From the IMG/VR virus record IMGVR_UViG_3300002460_002270: DNA of 64,000 bases, one strand, 5' to 3'. This document shows, in pieces, positions 54,708-64,000 of this stretch; positions within the stretch are counted from its first letter, which is position 1, and every line of letters starts with the position of its first letter. Below the pieces are notes generated by a model. That model was not told where the DNA came from. It made no database searches and saw only the letters and a program-made list of their open reading frames with translations. The position numbers and the translations under genes were made by a program. This stretch comes from an uncultured virus (IMG/VR IMGVR_UViG_3300002460_002270) (taxonomy: Duplodnaviria > Heunggongvirae > Uroviricota > Caudoviricetes).

Positions 54708-55189
54708 ATAAGCTGTTTCAGTTTATTGCCCATCGAGGGAATACAGCAGGAAAGAATGTAGCACTTGAGAACTCTCCTGAGTACATTCTGGATGCTCTAT
54801 CCTTAGGATTTGACGTTGAGGTAGATGTCTGGTATCATGAAGGAGCACTTCATCTAGGGCATGATGGCCCTCAGCATCATATTGGTTTAACTCCCACGAC
54901 GTTAGACTTTCTATCCGACAGAAGGGTCTGGTGTCATGCAAAGTCTATCGAGACATTGCATGTGCTACTTGAGCTTAAGACTGTTCACTGTTTCTTTCAC
55001 AAAGATGATGATGTTACATTGACATCGCGAGGATATGTTTGGACGTGCCCGGGTCGTGAACTTGGGGTTAGATCAATCTGTGTGATGCCTGAGCTGGTAT
55101 GCAACAAAGACACTTCACTTTTACGCTGCGCAGGGATCTGTAGCGATACAATCGAAGAATATAGACGATTGTATCATGATGTGATATGA
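54704..55189 (+). CDS. glycerophosphodiester phosphodiesterase-like protein
   Basis: IAHRGN, EN, VEVDVW, LGHD, GICSD. Confidence 0.75.
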   Translation: MNKLFQFIAHRGNTAGKNVALENSPEYILDALSLGFDVEVDVWYHEGALHLGHDGPQHHIGLTPTTLDFLSDRRVWCHAKSIETLHVLLELKTVHCFFHKDDDVTLTSRGYVWTCPGRELGVRSICVMPELVCNKDTSLLRCAGICSDTIEEYRRLYHDVI

Positions 55190-55812
55190 TACGAGCGATT
55201 CTGTATGATCTTGATGGCGTCCTAGTTGATGCGTGTGATTGGCACTATGAAGCTCTAAACCGTGCGTTGCGTGAATTGTTAGGTATACAGATTGATCGTG
55301 AAGAGCATAAGACGACATTTAACGGTCTTCCGACGATGAAGAAATTGCAGAAGCTTGTTATGTTAGGGCGGATTTTAGAGTCAGACATAGATGCAATTTC
55401 TAACTTAAAGCAGAAATACACGACTAAGACGATTGATGAGTTTGCTGGACTTGACAAGACGAAGGTTGAGTTGCATGAACACATGACTAGATCTGTAGGG
55501 ATTCCTATAGCGTGTGTGACGAACAGCGTCAGATCGACAGCAGAGTTGATGCTTGAACGTACGGGTCAGCTGAAATACATGAGCTTTATCGTGTCGAATG
55601 AGGACGTCACGTATCCTAAGCCTTCAGCAGAAGGGTACATCCAGTCCATGGTGAGGTTATCATCGCAGCCCCATCAAACTCTCATCGTTGAGGATAGTGA
55701 CGTGGGAATTGCTGCTGCGACTGCATCATGCGCTAGGGTCTTACATGTTGATAATGCATCAAATGTTACGCTTGATAGAATCACGGCATGTGTAAGAGAG
55801 TTCACCCGATGA
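55186..55812 (+). CDS. HAD-family phosphatase
   Basis: DLDGVLVD, TNS, KP, VEDS..G. Confidence 0.85.
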   Translation: MIRAILYDLDGVLVDACDWHYEALNRALRELLGIQIDREEHKTTFNGLPTMKKLQKLVMLGRILESDIDAISNLKQKYTTKTIDEFAGLDKTKVELHEHMTRSVGIPIACVTNSVRSTAELMLERTGQLKYMSFIVSNEDVTYPKPSAEGYIQSMVRLSSQPHQTLIVEDSDVGIAAATASCARVLHVDNASNVTLDRITACVREFTR

Positions 55813-56519
55813 AAGTCTTGATTCCGATGGCAGGTGAGGGCAGCAGGTTCGTCCAAGCTGGATACACGTTTCCCAAGCCGTTGATCGATGTGAACGGTAA
55901 ACCGATGATCCAGCGTGTCATTGAAAACCTCGATTTTGATGCTGAATACATCTTTCTTGTCAGGAAAGAGCATCTTGAAGAGTATGAGATTGAAGCAACG
56001 TTACAGCAGATCACACATGATAACTGCAATATTGTTGTCGTTGATTCATTGACTGAGGGCGCAGCATGCACAGCTCTACTAGCACGGAAGCTTATTGATA
56101 ATTGTGAAGAGCTGCTTATCGCTAATTCTGATCAGGTCATTGAGTATTCAAGAGAAAACTTTGAGACGCTTCGGAGGTTCACAGACCTTGATGGGATTGT
56201 CTTTGCGTTCAGGGCTGTCCATCCAAAATGGAGCTTTGTCAGAACAAACGCTAGAGGATTGGTCGTTGAGGTTGCAGAGAAGAAACCCATCTCTGATATC
56301 GCTACATGTGGAATCTACTACTATCGTCGAGGAGCTGACTTCGTTAGCTGTGCACTTAAGATGATTGCGAAAGACGTTCGTGTAAACAATGAGTTTTACA
56401 TCGCTCCCGTTTATAATGAGATGCTTAGTGATAAAAAGACACTGGTGCCGTTCTTTGTCCACAGGATGCATGGGCTCGGCACGCCAGAGGACCTTGAGAA
56501 GTATAGGGGCGAAAGATGA
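55809..56519 (+). CDS. sugar-phosphate nucleotidyltransferase
   Basis: IPMAGEGSRF...PKPLI, TEGAA, NSDQ, AEK, EFYIAPVYN, LGTPEDL. Confidence 0.85.
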   Translation: MKVLIPMAGEGSRFVQAGYTFPKPLIDVNGKPMIQRVIENLDFDAEYIFLVRKEHLEEYEIEATLQQITHDNCNIVVVDSLTEGAACTALLARKLIDNCEELLIANSDQVIEYSRENFETLRRFTDLDGIVFAFRAVHPKWSFVRTNARGLVVEVAEKKPISDIATCGIYYYRRGADFVSCALKMIAKDVRVNNEFYIAPVYNEMLSDKKTLVPFFVHRMHGLGTPEDLEKYRGER

Positions 56520-57373
56520 CACTCACACATGAGAACTTAGGCATTTGGATTATCACGTACAATCGCTCAAATGAACTAAATGAAAACATCAGATCGCTGC
56601 GAGAGTCTGCGGGTGATCTGTTTAAGATTACTGTCATCTCAAATCATAGTGTTGTCGAGCTTAAAGAAGACTATGGCAACATCAACATCATCATGAACCC
56701 GCTCCGACCCGATCATAGCTGGGGTTATCTGGCTCGAAGCTGGAATCAATGCTATTATTTGGGCCTTGAACTACATGAGAACATACTCGTCTCCCAGGAT
56801 GATATGTTGTTTCGGACTGGATGGCTTGAACTAATCAATGACGCACGCTCATATTCATTCTATTCTGCTCCTGTGGGCGATGTAGCCCACTTGACAAGCA
56901 GGGATGCATTCCTGAAGGTAGGTTGGTGGGATGAGAGGTTCGTTGCGATGGACTATCATGACTATGACTATCTCAGTCGCGTCTATCAGCAGATGAAGGA
57001 AGACTCTTCCGTTGTTGACCGCGGGCTTGGTGTCTCATGGAATGATATCGGTTTGTCACAGTTTTGGTCAGGTAAAGGGTTTGAGGGCGATGGCACTGAT
57101 CGCCCTCGAGGAGCAGAGACGTATCAGAATAGGGTTAATAGGCTATGGTATGCACAGAAGCGCGCCCTGGGTTTTGATATCACGTCAAATCCGATGTGTC
57201 ATAAGGATAAGCGCTGGCGTGATATTAGCAGTCCGGTCATTATTCCAGAGATTGATTGGTATCCCTGGTTTACAGCTCGAATGCAACGCTTGACTGATAA
57301 GCGGCAGCAGTTTCATCATGTGCCGTACGTTGAAGCGTACGGAAATGACGGGTATGACTGTGATAAGCTGTAG
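56516..57373 (+). CDS. GT2-like glycosyltransferase
   Basis: ITYNR, SQDD, VGWWDERF...D.DY. Confidence 0.75.
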   Translation: MTLTHENLGIWIITYNRSNELNENIRSLRESAGDLFKITVISNHSVVELKEDYGNINIIMNPLRPDHSWGYLARSWNQCYYLGLELHENILVSQDDMLFRTGWLELINDARSYSFYSAPVGDVAHLTSRDAFLKVGWWDERFVAMDYHDYDYLSRVYQQMKEDSSVVDRGLGVSWNDIGLSQFWSGKGFEGDGTDRPRGAETYQNRVNRLWYAQKRALGFDITSNPMCHKDKRWRDISSPVIIPEIDWYPWFTARMQRLTDKRQQFHHVPYVEAYGNDGYDCDKL

Positions 57374-57396
57374 TAGCAGAAAGCTAGAGAAGCTCT

Positions 57397-57777
57397 ATGT
57401 TTGAGGTCAAGATTGTCAAAAAACCGTGGGGTGAAGAGCATTGGCTTGAACTCAATGAAAGATATTGCTACAAGCGGATCTACATCAATGCTGGTACTCG
57501 AACGAGCTTTCAATATCACGAACAAAAGCTTGAGACGAATTTTATCATCTCTGGTGAAGCAGATGTCTGGCTTGAGGATGATGAAGGAGTTGTTCAGAAG
57601 ATAAAGATGTGTGCTGGTGAGTATTTCACAGTAAAGCCTCCTCGAAAGCATCGTGTTATTGCCCTGACAGATCTAGTTCTTATGGAAGTTTCAACGCCCG
57701 AAGTGGACGACGTTATTCGGATTCAAGATGATGCTACTAGACCTGACGGTAGGATTGAGTCGGAGCATGGAGTATAG
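57397..57777 (+). CDS. cupin (mannose-6-phosphate isomerase type II-like)
   Basis: KPWGEE, SFQYHEQKLET, HR, EVSTPE.DD..R..D. Confidence 0.8.
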   Translation: MFEVKIVKKPWGEEHWLELNERYCYKRIYINAGTRTSFQYHEQKLETNFIISGEADVWLEDDEGVVQKIKMCAGEYFTVKPPRKHRVIALTDLVLMEVSTPEVDDVIRIQDDATRPDGRIESEHGV

Positions 57778-59356
57778 GGTTTGCATTCTATCAGCAGGCC
57801 GCGGCATGCGCCTGGGTCCGTTAACTGATGACATCAACAAGTCTCTTTTGCCGATAGACGGTAGGGCTATAATCTCGCACATTATTGAGAAGTTTCCTAG
57901 GGATGTTGAGATTGTGGTGGCTGTTGGTTACCAGGCAGACAAGGTCTGCGAGTATCTGAGCCATGCCCATGATGATCGAAAGATAGTCTGTGTTGAGGTG
58001 CCAGATTGGGATGCTCCGGGAGCAGGTCCTGGTGCGTCATTGCTTCGTTGCAAGGGACATCTACCTGGCAGCTTTGTCATCTATGCAGCTGACACGTTGC
58101 TGATGGAGCACGTCCCACCGCCCGATAGGAATTGGTTGGGAGTTGCTCCTGTGACTGAGACCGAGCGGTTCTGTACTGTCCAGATTAAGGGTGAGCTCAT
58201 CTCAAAGCTCACAGATAAACGGAAATGTGACAACCGGCTCGCCTTCGTCGGTGTTGCAGGGATCAGGGACTATGAAGAGTTCTGGGNAGCCTTGGAGGCC
58301 GATGATACACTAATCGAAAATGAGAAGCAGTTGTCGAACGGTTTGGCGACGATGATTCTCCATCGGCTCCATCCTGAGGAATTTACTTGGTTCGATACTG
58401 GGACGATCGAGAGCTTTGAGGCGACAAGGAAGCACTTTGAGGGGGATGACAATTTCGTCTTTGACAAGGTGAATGAGTTCACCTACCAGATCAATGGGTT
58501 GTTGGTGAAGTACTTTGGCGACCCGAATGTCGTCAAGAACAGGTTGGCACGTGCTGAGAAACTCGAAGACCTGTGTCCGACGATCAGGAAGTCATCCCAG
58601 CGGTTCTACTCGTACGAGATGGTCAAGGGGAAGACAGTCTATGAGTGTCTGACACCGAAGTTGACGTCTGACTTTATCACGTGGGCCATGAACAACCTAT
58701 GGATTGAGGTAGAGGGTATCAACAAGGATGCCTATAACAAGTCGTGTGACAAGTTCTACAGGACGAAGACCCTTGAGAGGGTCGCAATGTTCTACAAGAA
58801 GTACCCAGAGCTTAGGGAATTGCCTGCCAACGTCAATGGTGAGCCGCTCCCTCCACTTTCTTCAGTCTTTGAGGACGTCAATTGGTCTGGGTTGTCATTC
58901 GGTTTGCCGACAAACTTCCACGGAGACCTCCAGTTCGACAACGTCCTCAGGTCAGGTTGGCTTTCGACGGGTCGGGATGCATTCAAACTGATCGATTGGC
59001 GTCAGGATTTCGATGGTAGGACCGATGTCGGTGACATGAGGTATGATCTGGCTAAGCTCTATGGTGGCCTGACGATCCCTTACAACCTGATTAAGCAGAA
59101 CAAGTTCAAGTATGATGAGTCAGCTGACGGTGTCACGTATGACATTGATACGACTCTAACTTTGAATGAGTCACAGGTTGTTCTCAGGAAGTACATCAAC
59201 GATCTATTCGGTGCTGTGATTATGCAGGATGTTGAGACAATCAGGGCTTTGATTTTCTTGAACATGGCTCCGCTGCACGCTTATCCTTTTGACAAGCTCC
59301 TCTACTACATGGGATGGAGTTACTTGCATCGGGCGGTACACAGAGATGATCTGTAA
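57767..59356 (+). CDS. nucleotidyltransferase fused to APH/choline-kinase-like phosphotransferase
   Basis: LSAGRGMRL...NKSLL; HGDLQFDN, IDWR, YDLAKL; one ambiguous N at 58287. Confidence 0.8.
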   Translation: MEYRVCILSAGRGMRLGPLTDDINKSLLPIDGRAIISHIIEKFPRDVEIVVAVGYQADKVCEYLSHAHDDRKIVCVEVPDWDAPGAGPGASLLRCKGHLPGSFVIYAADTLLMEHVPPPDRNWLGVAPVTETERFCTVQIKGELISKLTDKRKCDNRLAFVGVAGIRDYEEFWXALEADDTLIENEKQLSNGLATMILHRLHPEEFTWFDTGTIESFEATRKHFEGDDNFVFDKVNEFTYQINGLLVKYFGDPNVVKNRLARAEKLEDLCPTIRKSSQRFYSYEMVKGKTVYECLTPKLTSDFITWAMNNLWIEVEGINKDAYNKSCDKFYRTKTLERVAMFYKKYPELRELPANVNGEPLPPLSSVFEDVNWSGLSFGLPTNFHGDLQFDNVLRSGWLSTGRDAFKLIDWRQDFDGRTDVGDMRYDLAKLYGGLTIPYNLIKQNKFKYDESADGVTYDIDTTLTLNESQVVLRKYINDLFGAVIMQDVETIRALIFLNMAPLHAYPFDKLLYYMGWSYLHRAVHRDDL

Positions 59357-60167
59357 GGACACCAAAGTCTGTATTTCGATCTCGTCTAATCCAGGAAGCA
59401 CAGGCGCTCTGATCCACAATTCTTTGTATGAACGTTATGGGTTAGACTACATTTATGTTCCTCGAGCATTGGCTGATCATCAGTTAAATGATAGCATTAC
59501 AGCAGTTCGTGCCCTTGGGATAGTTGGTTGCAGTGTTTCCATGCCCTTCAAGCGACGTGTGATATCGTTGCTTGATCAGACAGACGGACATGCTAGCTTT
59601 GTTCCTACTGTTAACACCATCAAGCACCTGGACGGACGTCTTATTGGTTATAACACTGATGTTGATGGCGTGATGATGGCATTAGGTGACCTTGTTTCAT
59701 CGTATGAATGTCATATGACGCCCACTGTCGTCGGCTCGGGTGCGACTGCGTATTCAACCGTCTATGCTCTATCAATAATGGGATTCAAGGAGATGTATCT
59801 CTGGAATAGGACAGAATCTAAAGCTGATGCTTTAGCAGGATTTGTTAGCGCTTTGGGAATTAGAGCGTGTGTTTTGAAGGACCTCAATGCTTTGAGCGCC
59901 GATGTTCTTATAAATGCGTCAGCACTCGGTTTGGATGATGAGTCTTTTCCGATGTCAGATGATGTCCTTGGGATGTATAGATTTGTCTTTGACGTTGTCA
60001 ACAGTCCGAAACAGACAGACTTAATTATTCGAGCAGAAGCATTGGGTTTAAAGAACTCTACGGGTAAACAGATGGCATTGTATCAGGCCTTAAAGCAGTT
60101 TGAGATATACACAGACATCACACTTGACATTCCGCGTGAGATAGAGTTCTTAAGGTGTATCATATGA
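59346..60167 (+). CDS. aroE: shikimate dehydrogenase-like oxidoreductase
   Basis: SVSMPFK, VNTI, GYNTD, GSGATA, NRT, INAS, G..M..YQA..QF. Confidence 0.8.
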   Translation: MICKDTKVCISISSNPGSTGALIHNSLYERYGLDYIYVPRALADHQLNDSITAVRALGIVGCSVSMPFKRRVISLLDQTDGHASFVPTVNTIKHLDGRLIGYNTDVDGVMMALGDLVSSYECHMTPTVVGSGATAYSTVYALSIMGFKEMYLWNRTESKADALAGFVSALGIRACVLKDLNALSADVLINASALGLDDESFPMSDDVLGMYRFVFDVVNSPKQTDLIIRAEALGLKNSTGKQMALYQALKQFEIYTDITLDIPREIEFLRCII

Positions 60168-61174
60168 AGCTATTCATTGGACCCATGAGCAAGAATGTTG
60201 TCGATGCAGCCATTGAGTTTGAACAGGAGAATAGACCATCTGATCTAGCTGGGTTTATTCCATCACGAAGGCAGGTTGAGGCTAGCATTTTGGGGTGTGG
60301 GTACGTCTGTAACTGGACGACTGAAAAGTTTATCGATTATGTTGTGTCTCATGATACCAGTCTTCGTATCATACGTGATCATGGGGGTCCAGGACAGGGG
60401 TCTGTAGAGGATGATGGGTTAGACTCATTGACATGTGATGTTAAATCTGGTATAAAGTGTATCCATATTGATCCATGGAAGATGTATAGGACGATCGAGG
60501 GGGCTGCGATGTGCACGATCAGTCTCTTGAATCACTGTCATCTGATTGATTCAACATGCATGTTTGAGATTGGGACTGAGGAGGGTATTAGAAGGTACAC
60601 TCCAGAAGAGCTGGATGAGTTTATCACGCTTGTTGAGGCAGGTGCTGATCCGTCTGTATTCGATTGCATCATCTATGCTGTGGTCCAGTCTGGAACGAAT
60701 GTCAATGGTATGGCCAACACAGGTCATTTTGATGCGAATAGGTCGGCAGAGATGGCTGCTGTCTGTCATAAGCACGGGCTGGAGGCTAAGGAACACAATT
60801 CTGATTACCTAACATCAGAAGAGCTTAAAGCCCGTGCTGACTGTGGTGTTGATGCATTCAACATCGCACCTGAGTTTGGAGTGTTAGAGACAGAGATTTT
60901 GATTGACATGCTTCGTAGCGCTGGACTATATGATGAACTGAATGAATTTATTCGTACATGCATCAAGTCAGGAAAGTGGGAGCGCTGGGCATCATTCAAC
61001 AGAGATTTCATATCTGATGAGCTTGGGTACTTAACAACGCTATGCGGTCATTATAACTTTGAGACTGACTCGTACCGAAATGCCCGACGCCATCTCATTA
61101 AGGACGGTCTTGACTTCGATACGATCGTCAAGGATGCAATCAAACAACGGATTGGGGAGATTGTTAAGGGATGA
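60164..61174 (+). CDS. GatZ/KbaZ-like TIM-barrel sugar-phosphate epimerase/aldolase
   Basis: DHGGP, IHIDP, EIGTEE, VVQSGT, KEHNSDYL, NIAPEFG. Confidence 0.65.
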   Translation: MKLFIGPMSKNVVDAAIEFEQENRPSDLAGFIPSRRQVEASILGCGYVCNWTTEKFIDYVVSHDTSLRIIRDHGGPGQGSVEDDGLDSLTCDVKSGIKCIHIDPWKMYRTIEGAAMCTISLLNHCHLIDSTCMFEIGTEEGIRRYTPEELDEFITLVEAGADPSVFDCIIYAVVQSGTNVNGMANTGHFDANRSAEMAAVCHKHGLEAKEHNSDYLTSEELKARADCGVDAFNIAPEFGVLETEILIDMLRSAGLYDELNEFIRTCIKSGKWERWASFNRDFISDELGYLTTLCGHYNFETDSYRNARRHLIKDGLDFDTIVKDAIKQRIGEIVKG

Positions 61175-61551
61175 AACGAGTTGCCTTCGATATGGATGAT
61201 GTCATCTGCACACGCAGGTCAGAGGAGGGTGGCGTTCTAAAGTATCACACATGTGAGCCCATTCTGAAGGGAGTTAGGCTTGTCAATGAATGTTTTGATG
61301 CTGGCTATTATATCGTCATATTCACAGCACGTGGGATGATAAGCTGCGAAGGAGACATTGAGAGGATCAATGCAGAGATTAGGCCTCTAACGCTGTGTCA
61401 GCTTAAACAGTGGGGTGTTAAACATCATGAGCTTGTCATGGGAAAGTATCCGTATGATGTTTTGATCTGTGATAAGGCCGTAGATTCTCGTGACATAGCA
61501 ACATTGGCTGACATCGAGAGAGCCTTAGCACGCTCTATCTCGAATGAGTGA
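61171..61551 (+). CDS. minimal HAD phosphatase (capsule-biosynthesis type)
   Basis: FDMDDVIC, FTARG, MGK, DKA. Confidence 0.75.
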   Translation: MKRVAFDMDDVICTRRSEEGGVLKYHTCEPILKGVRLVNECFDAGYYIVIFTARGMISCEGDIERINAEIRPLTLCQLKQWGVKHHELVMGKYPYDVLICDKAVDSRDIATLADIERALARSISNE

Positions 61552-62273
61552 TGTATACGATGAAACGCGTAGCTGTATGTGTGTCAGGACATCTTCGAGC
61601 ACCCAAGCTTGGATATGAGTTGCTTAAGCGACATGTGATTGATCCTAATCCAGGCTATCAATTTGACTTTTTCATCGATACGTGGTCAACTAGAGACTGG
61701 CGAAAGAATGGTGATATTGATAGGACGGGCGAATCTCTTGGACATGTGATCAGTGACGTCATATCATTTTACAAGCCGATAGTTCTAAATGTTCAGCGTG
61801 ATCGTGAGTGGAACACTGATGCGTATATAAGACATGCTAGGGCTGGTGACGTTAAAAAGAAGACTAACGGCGAGCACATACTGGGAATGTATTATAAGAT
61901 CATGAAATGTGATGAGATTCGCAGGAATCATGAAAATGAACTACATTTTCAATATGATTTAGTATTTAGACATAGGACTGACGTTTCATTTAAGAATGAT
62001 CTAGTATTGTCAGATACGGTAATCGAACAGGCACAGGCTACGATCTTTGTTGCGAAGAATCATTCTGAGCAACAAGTCTGGTGCTCTGATGTATCAGCAT
62101 TTTCTTCATCTAAGGGTATGACATTCTATTCACGTTTGTTTAAAGTGCTTCATACGCTTGTAGAAAGTCATAGCGTATTCAGGCCTGAACCATTACTATA
62201 TCATCATCTCATGTCATCAAGTGAGTTTAAGTTTGATGAATTCTTTCCAGATTGGTATGTGATAAATGAATAG
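61548..62273 (+). CDS. putative glycosyltransferase
   Basis: VAVCVSGHLR, FIDTW, YDLVFRHRTD. Confidence 0.6.
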   Translation: MMYTMKRVAVCVSGHLRAPKLGYELLKRHVIDPNPGYQFDFFIDTWSTRDWRKNGDIDRTGESLGHVISDVISFYKPIVLNVQRDREWNTDAYIRHARAGDVKKKTNGEHILGMYYKIMKCDEIRRNHENELHFQYDLVFRHRTDVSFKNDLVLSDTVIEQAQATIFVAKNHSEQQVWCSDVSAFSSSKGMTFYSRLFKVLHTLVESHSVFRPEPLLYHHLMSSSEFKFDEFFPDWYVINE

Positions 62274-62290
62274 ATTGAGTGGAGTAGCTT

Positions 62291-63151
62291 ATGTCATTTT
62301 CTAATGAGCTTGAAAGATACGTAACAGATATCGAGAATGCAGTAGCATACAAAGGAATAGGGAAGAAGCAAAGAAAATACACAGGGATAATGTTTCATGC
62401 TAGACGTATGGCTGAATTGATTGTAGGAGCAGAAGCAAGGAAAGCAGTAGAGCTTGGAACATGCACGGGAGAGGGTCTATGTCTGCTAGGCGCCGCATGT
62501 TCAGTAGAGGGAAATGTTACAAGCATTGATATAAAACGAAAAAATGACATTTATAAGAATGAAATATTAAAAAGATATCCGCCATTGGCTAATGTTAGAT
62601 GTTTAACGGGTGATAGTGTTGATAACACTATTATATCTAAAGTAATGGCAGATGATCAGTTGATAGATGTGCTGTTTATTGATTCATCTCATCTTCGTAA
62701 TCGTGTTCTTAAAGAGATAAATGCTTGGTTTCCGTTTCTTTCGAATGATGCTATTGTATTTTTTCATGACGCTGTCTTATGTCATGATACTGTAAGAGTT
62801 AGTGTAGATGATGTGTTAGATGGGCTGTCGGTGTTAAGGTGGTGTTCTGATCTTAACTTTGAGAAGCTTAGGCTTTATGATGTTCCAGATCACGCCGTAG
62901 CAGGAATAGATGATTCAGGTAGACCCTTTTCTCAGGCCGAGATAGATGATCGACGTGAGGGAGCAGAAGACGTGAGATTCAATTCTGATGAATTCTTTAC
63001 GACAGATGCATCATTTAACGATGAAAATTTTGACGTGAAATATGAGCTAATAGCTCATTGGCCTGGGCTGATAGTGTTGTCAAATATCTCAGAGAGCGCG
63101 CGTGAATCAATCATAGAGAAAACAAGAAGAATTTTAGATAAAGAAGCGTAA
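62291..63151 (+). CDS. class I SAM methyltransferase
   Basis: VELGTCTG, SIDI, GDS, IDVLFIDSSH, FHD. Confidence 0.8.
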   Translation: MSFSNELERYVTDIENAVAYKGIGKKQRKYTGIMFHARRMAELIVGAEARKAVELGTCTGEGLCLLGAACSVEGNVTSIDIKRKNDIYKNEILKRYPPLANVRCLTGDSVDNTIISKVMADDQLIDVLFIDSSHLRNRVLKEINAWFPFLSNDAIVFFHDAVLCHDTVRVSVDDVLDGLSVLRWCSDLNFEKLRLYDVPDHAVAGIDDSGRPFSQAEIDDRREGAEDVRFNSDEFFTTDASFNDENFDVKYELIAHWPGLIVLSNISESARESIIEKTRRILDKEA

Positions 63152-63155
63152 ACTT

Positions 63156-63908
63156 ATGACATTGAAGTTAGGGATAGCAATTTCAGTCTTTAATAAGGTT
63201 TCTGAAGTTTTAACTAACGTAAATATCATTCGTAAACACTGGATCGACTTTAATAATGCATTTATTAGTGTATGTTGTAATGATCAGAATAGCATAAAGT
63301 TAATAGAGAAGCTTGACATTGATGAGCTGACAATGGGCGCTAATATTCCGTCAGAGCCCAAGGTAAACTTAAGGCGTAGACAATTTAACTGCATTAAAGG
63401 GTCGATGGAAGCATGTCGCGCTGACTATGTTGTCCATTGGCATGCAGATGCATTTGCGGTCAACGTAGACTCTTTGTTAAAGATTGTTGAACAGATGGAA
63501 AAAATGACGTATGTTGCTGCTTTTCGAGGCAGAGGGCTTGACTACAGAAATCCAAAGACGATATACGGCGACTGTGATGACCATTTTTTGTTTTTGTCAA
63601 GAGCTATATTGGATGCTGGCTTGCTTGATGTCGATCCTGAAGAGCATGTGCGAACGTGTAACGTAGAGAGTTTTCTTAGCTTACAGCTAGCAAAACATCG
63701 CGACAGAGTCTGGCATTATTCAACAATGCGTCAGAACATTGTTGGAACAGCCCTTAACGATCCATTCTACGATGACGGGATTCAGCATCGAGCGATGAAT
63801 CCGTATAATATCGATCATGAACGAGGATTTATCCATGCTCAAACGCGTGAGCTTCTTAGAGAAAAATTATTGATGTATGATGTGCCACAGGAACTGATCA
63901 GTCTGTGA
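63156..63908 (+). CDS. putative GT-A glycosyltransferase
   Basis: IAISVFNK, HWHAD; cluster context. Confidence 0.5.
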   Translation: MTLKLGIAISVFNKVSEVLTNVNIIRKHWIDFNNAFISVCCNDQNSIKLIEKLDIDELTMGANIPSEPKVNLRRRQFNCIKGSMEACRADYVVHWHADAFAVNVDSLLKIVEQMEKMTYVAAFRGRGLDYRNPKTIYGDCDDHFLFLSRAILDAGLLDVDPEEHVRTCNVESFLSLQLAKHRDRVWHYSTMRQNIVGTALNDPFYDDGIQHRAMNPYNIDHERGFIHAQTRELLREKLLMYDVPQELISL

Positions 63909-64000
63909 AGAAGTTCATCGTCACTACATCAATTAATAGCCCCACTAAGGCTATTGAGAAGTTTGATGCGATGGAAGACTGGCATCTGATTGTGGTCGGT
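63905..64000 (+). CDS. partial ORF, STELLO/DUF288-like glycosyltransferase N-terminus
   Basis: GTGA-coupled start; MKKFIVTTSINSPT...WHLIVVG; truncated by window edge. Confidence 0.6.
   Translation, partial: MKKFIVTTSINSPTKAIEKFDAMEDWHLIVVG

Noticed and set aside
58287..58287. Ambiguous base N
   Set aside because: Assembly ambiguity in a GNA codon; no stop is possible, so it has no biological meaning.
1..64000. Genome-wide TAG recoding (genetic code 15)
   Set aside because: Conserved proteins are uninterrupted in code 11 and several end at TAG at their natural C-termini.
1..64000. CRISPR array, rRNA, integrase, transposase or reverse transcriptase
   Set aside because: No regularly spaced repeats or diagnostic motifs seen.

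Overview
This window is a segment of a large (jumbo-type) dsDNA bacteriophage genome. It is densely coded, almost all on the + strand, reads in the standard code, and has no rRNA and no CRISPR array. Layout: (1) 0.2-8.2 kb: an expanded family of small paralogous ORFs, an RNA ligase, a peptide deformylase and a serine protease. (2) 8.4-20.3 kb: an array of about 45 tRNA and tRNA-like genes covering all 20 amino acids, interleaved with two paralogous AT-rich HNH genes, several unexplained structured RNAs, a Pth2-like gene, a Nei glycosylase and other genes. (3) 20-33.5 kb: RNA-repair and counter-defence-like enzymes (two more RNA ligases, two metallophosphoesterases, HD, macro and 2H domains) and endonucleases. 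(4) 33.5-46.6 kb: a glyoxylate shunt (aceB-aceA), IscA, a lone amber-suppressor tRNA, a degenerate chaperonin, ClpP, a DinG helicase, Hc1, a tmRNA, PIN-PhoH and a repeat-containing nuclease. (5) 46.6-64 kb: a long glycosylation and sugar-modification cluster that runs off the window. The strongest novelty candidates are the tRNA-Leu/HNH cassettes that end in anticodon-truncated tRNA halves inside a 27-bp direct repeat, an anticodon-less G3.U70 tRNA-like domain within a candidate large ncRNA, a G3.U70 amber suppressor, and systematically non-canonical tRNAs. All calls were made by eye from motifs and base pairing; no database searches or folding programs were run. tRNA ends may be off by 1-2 nt.
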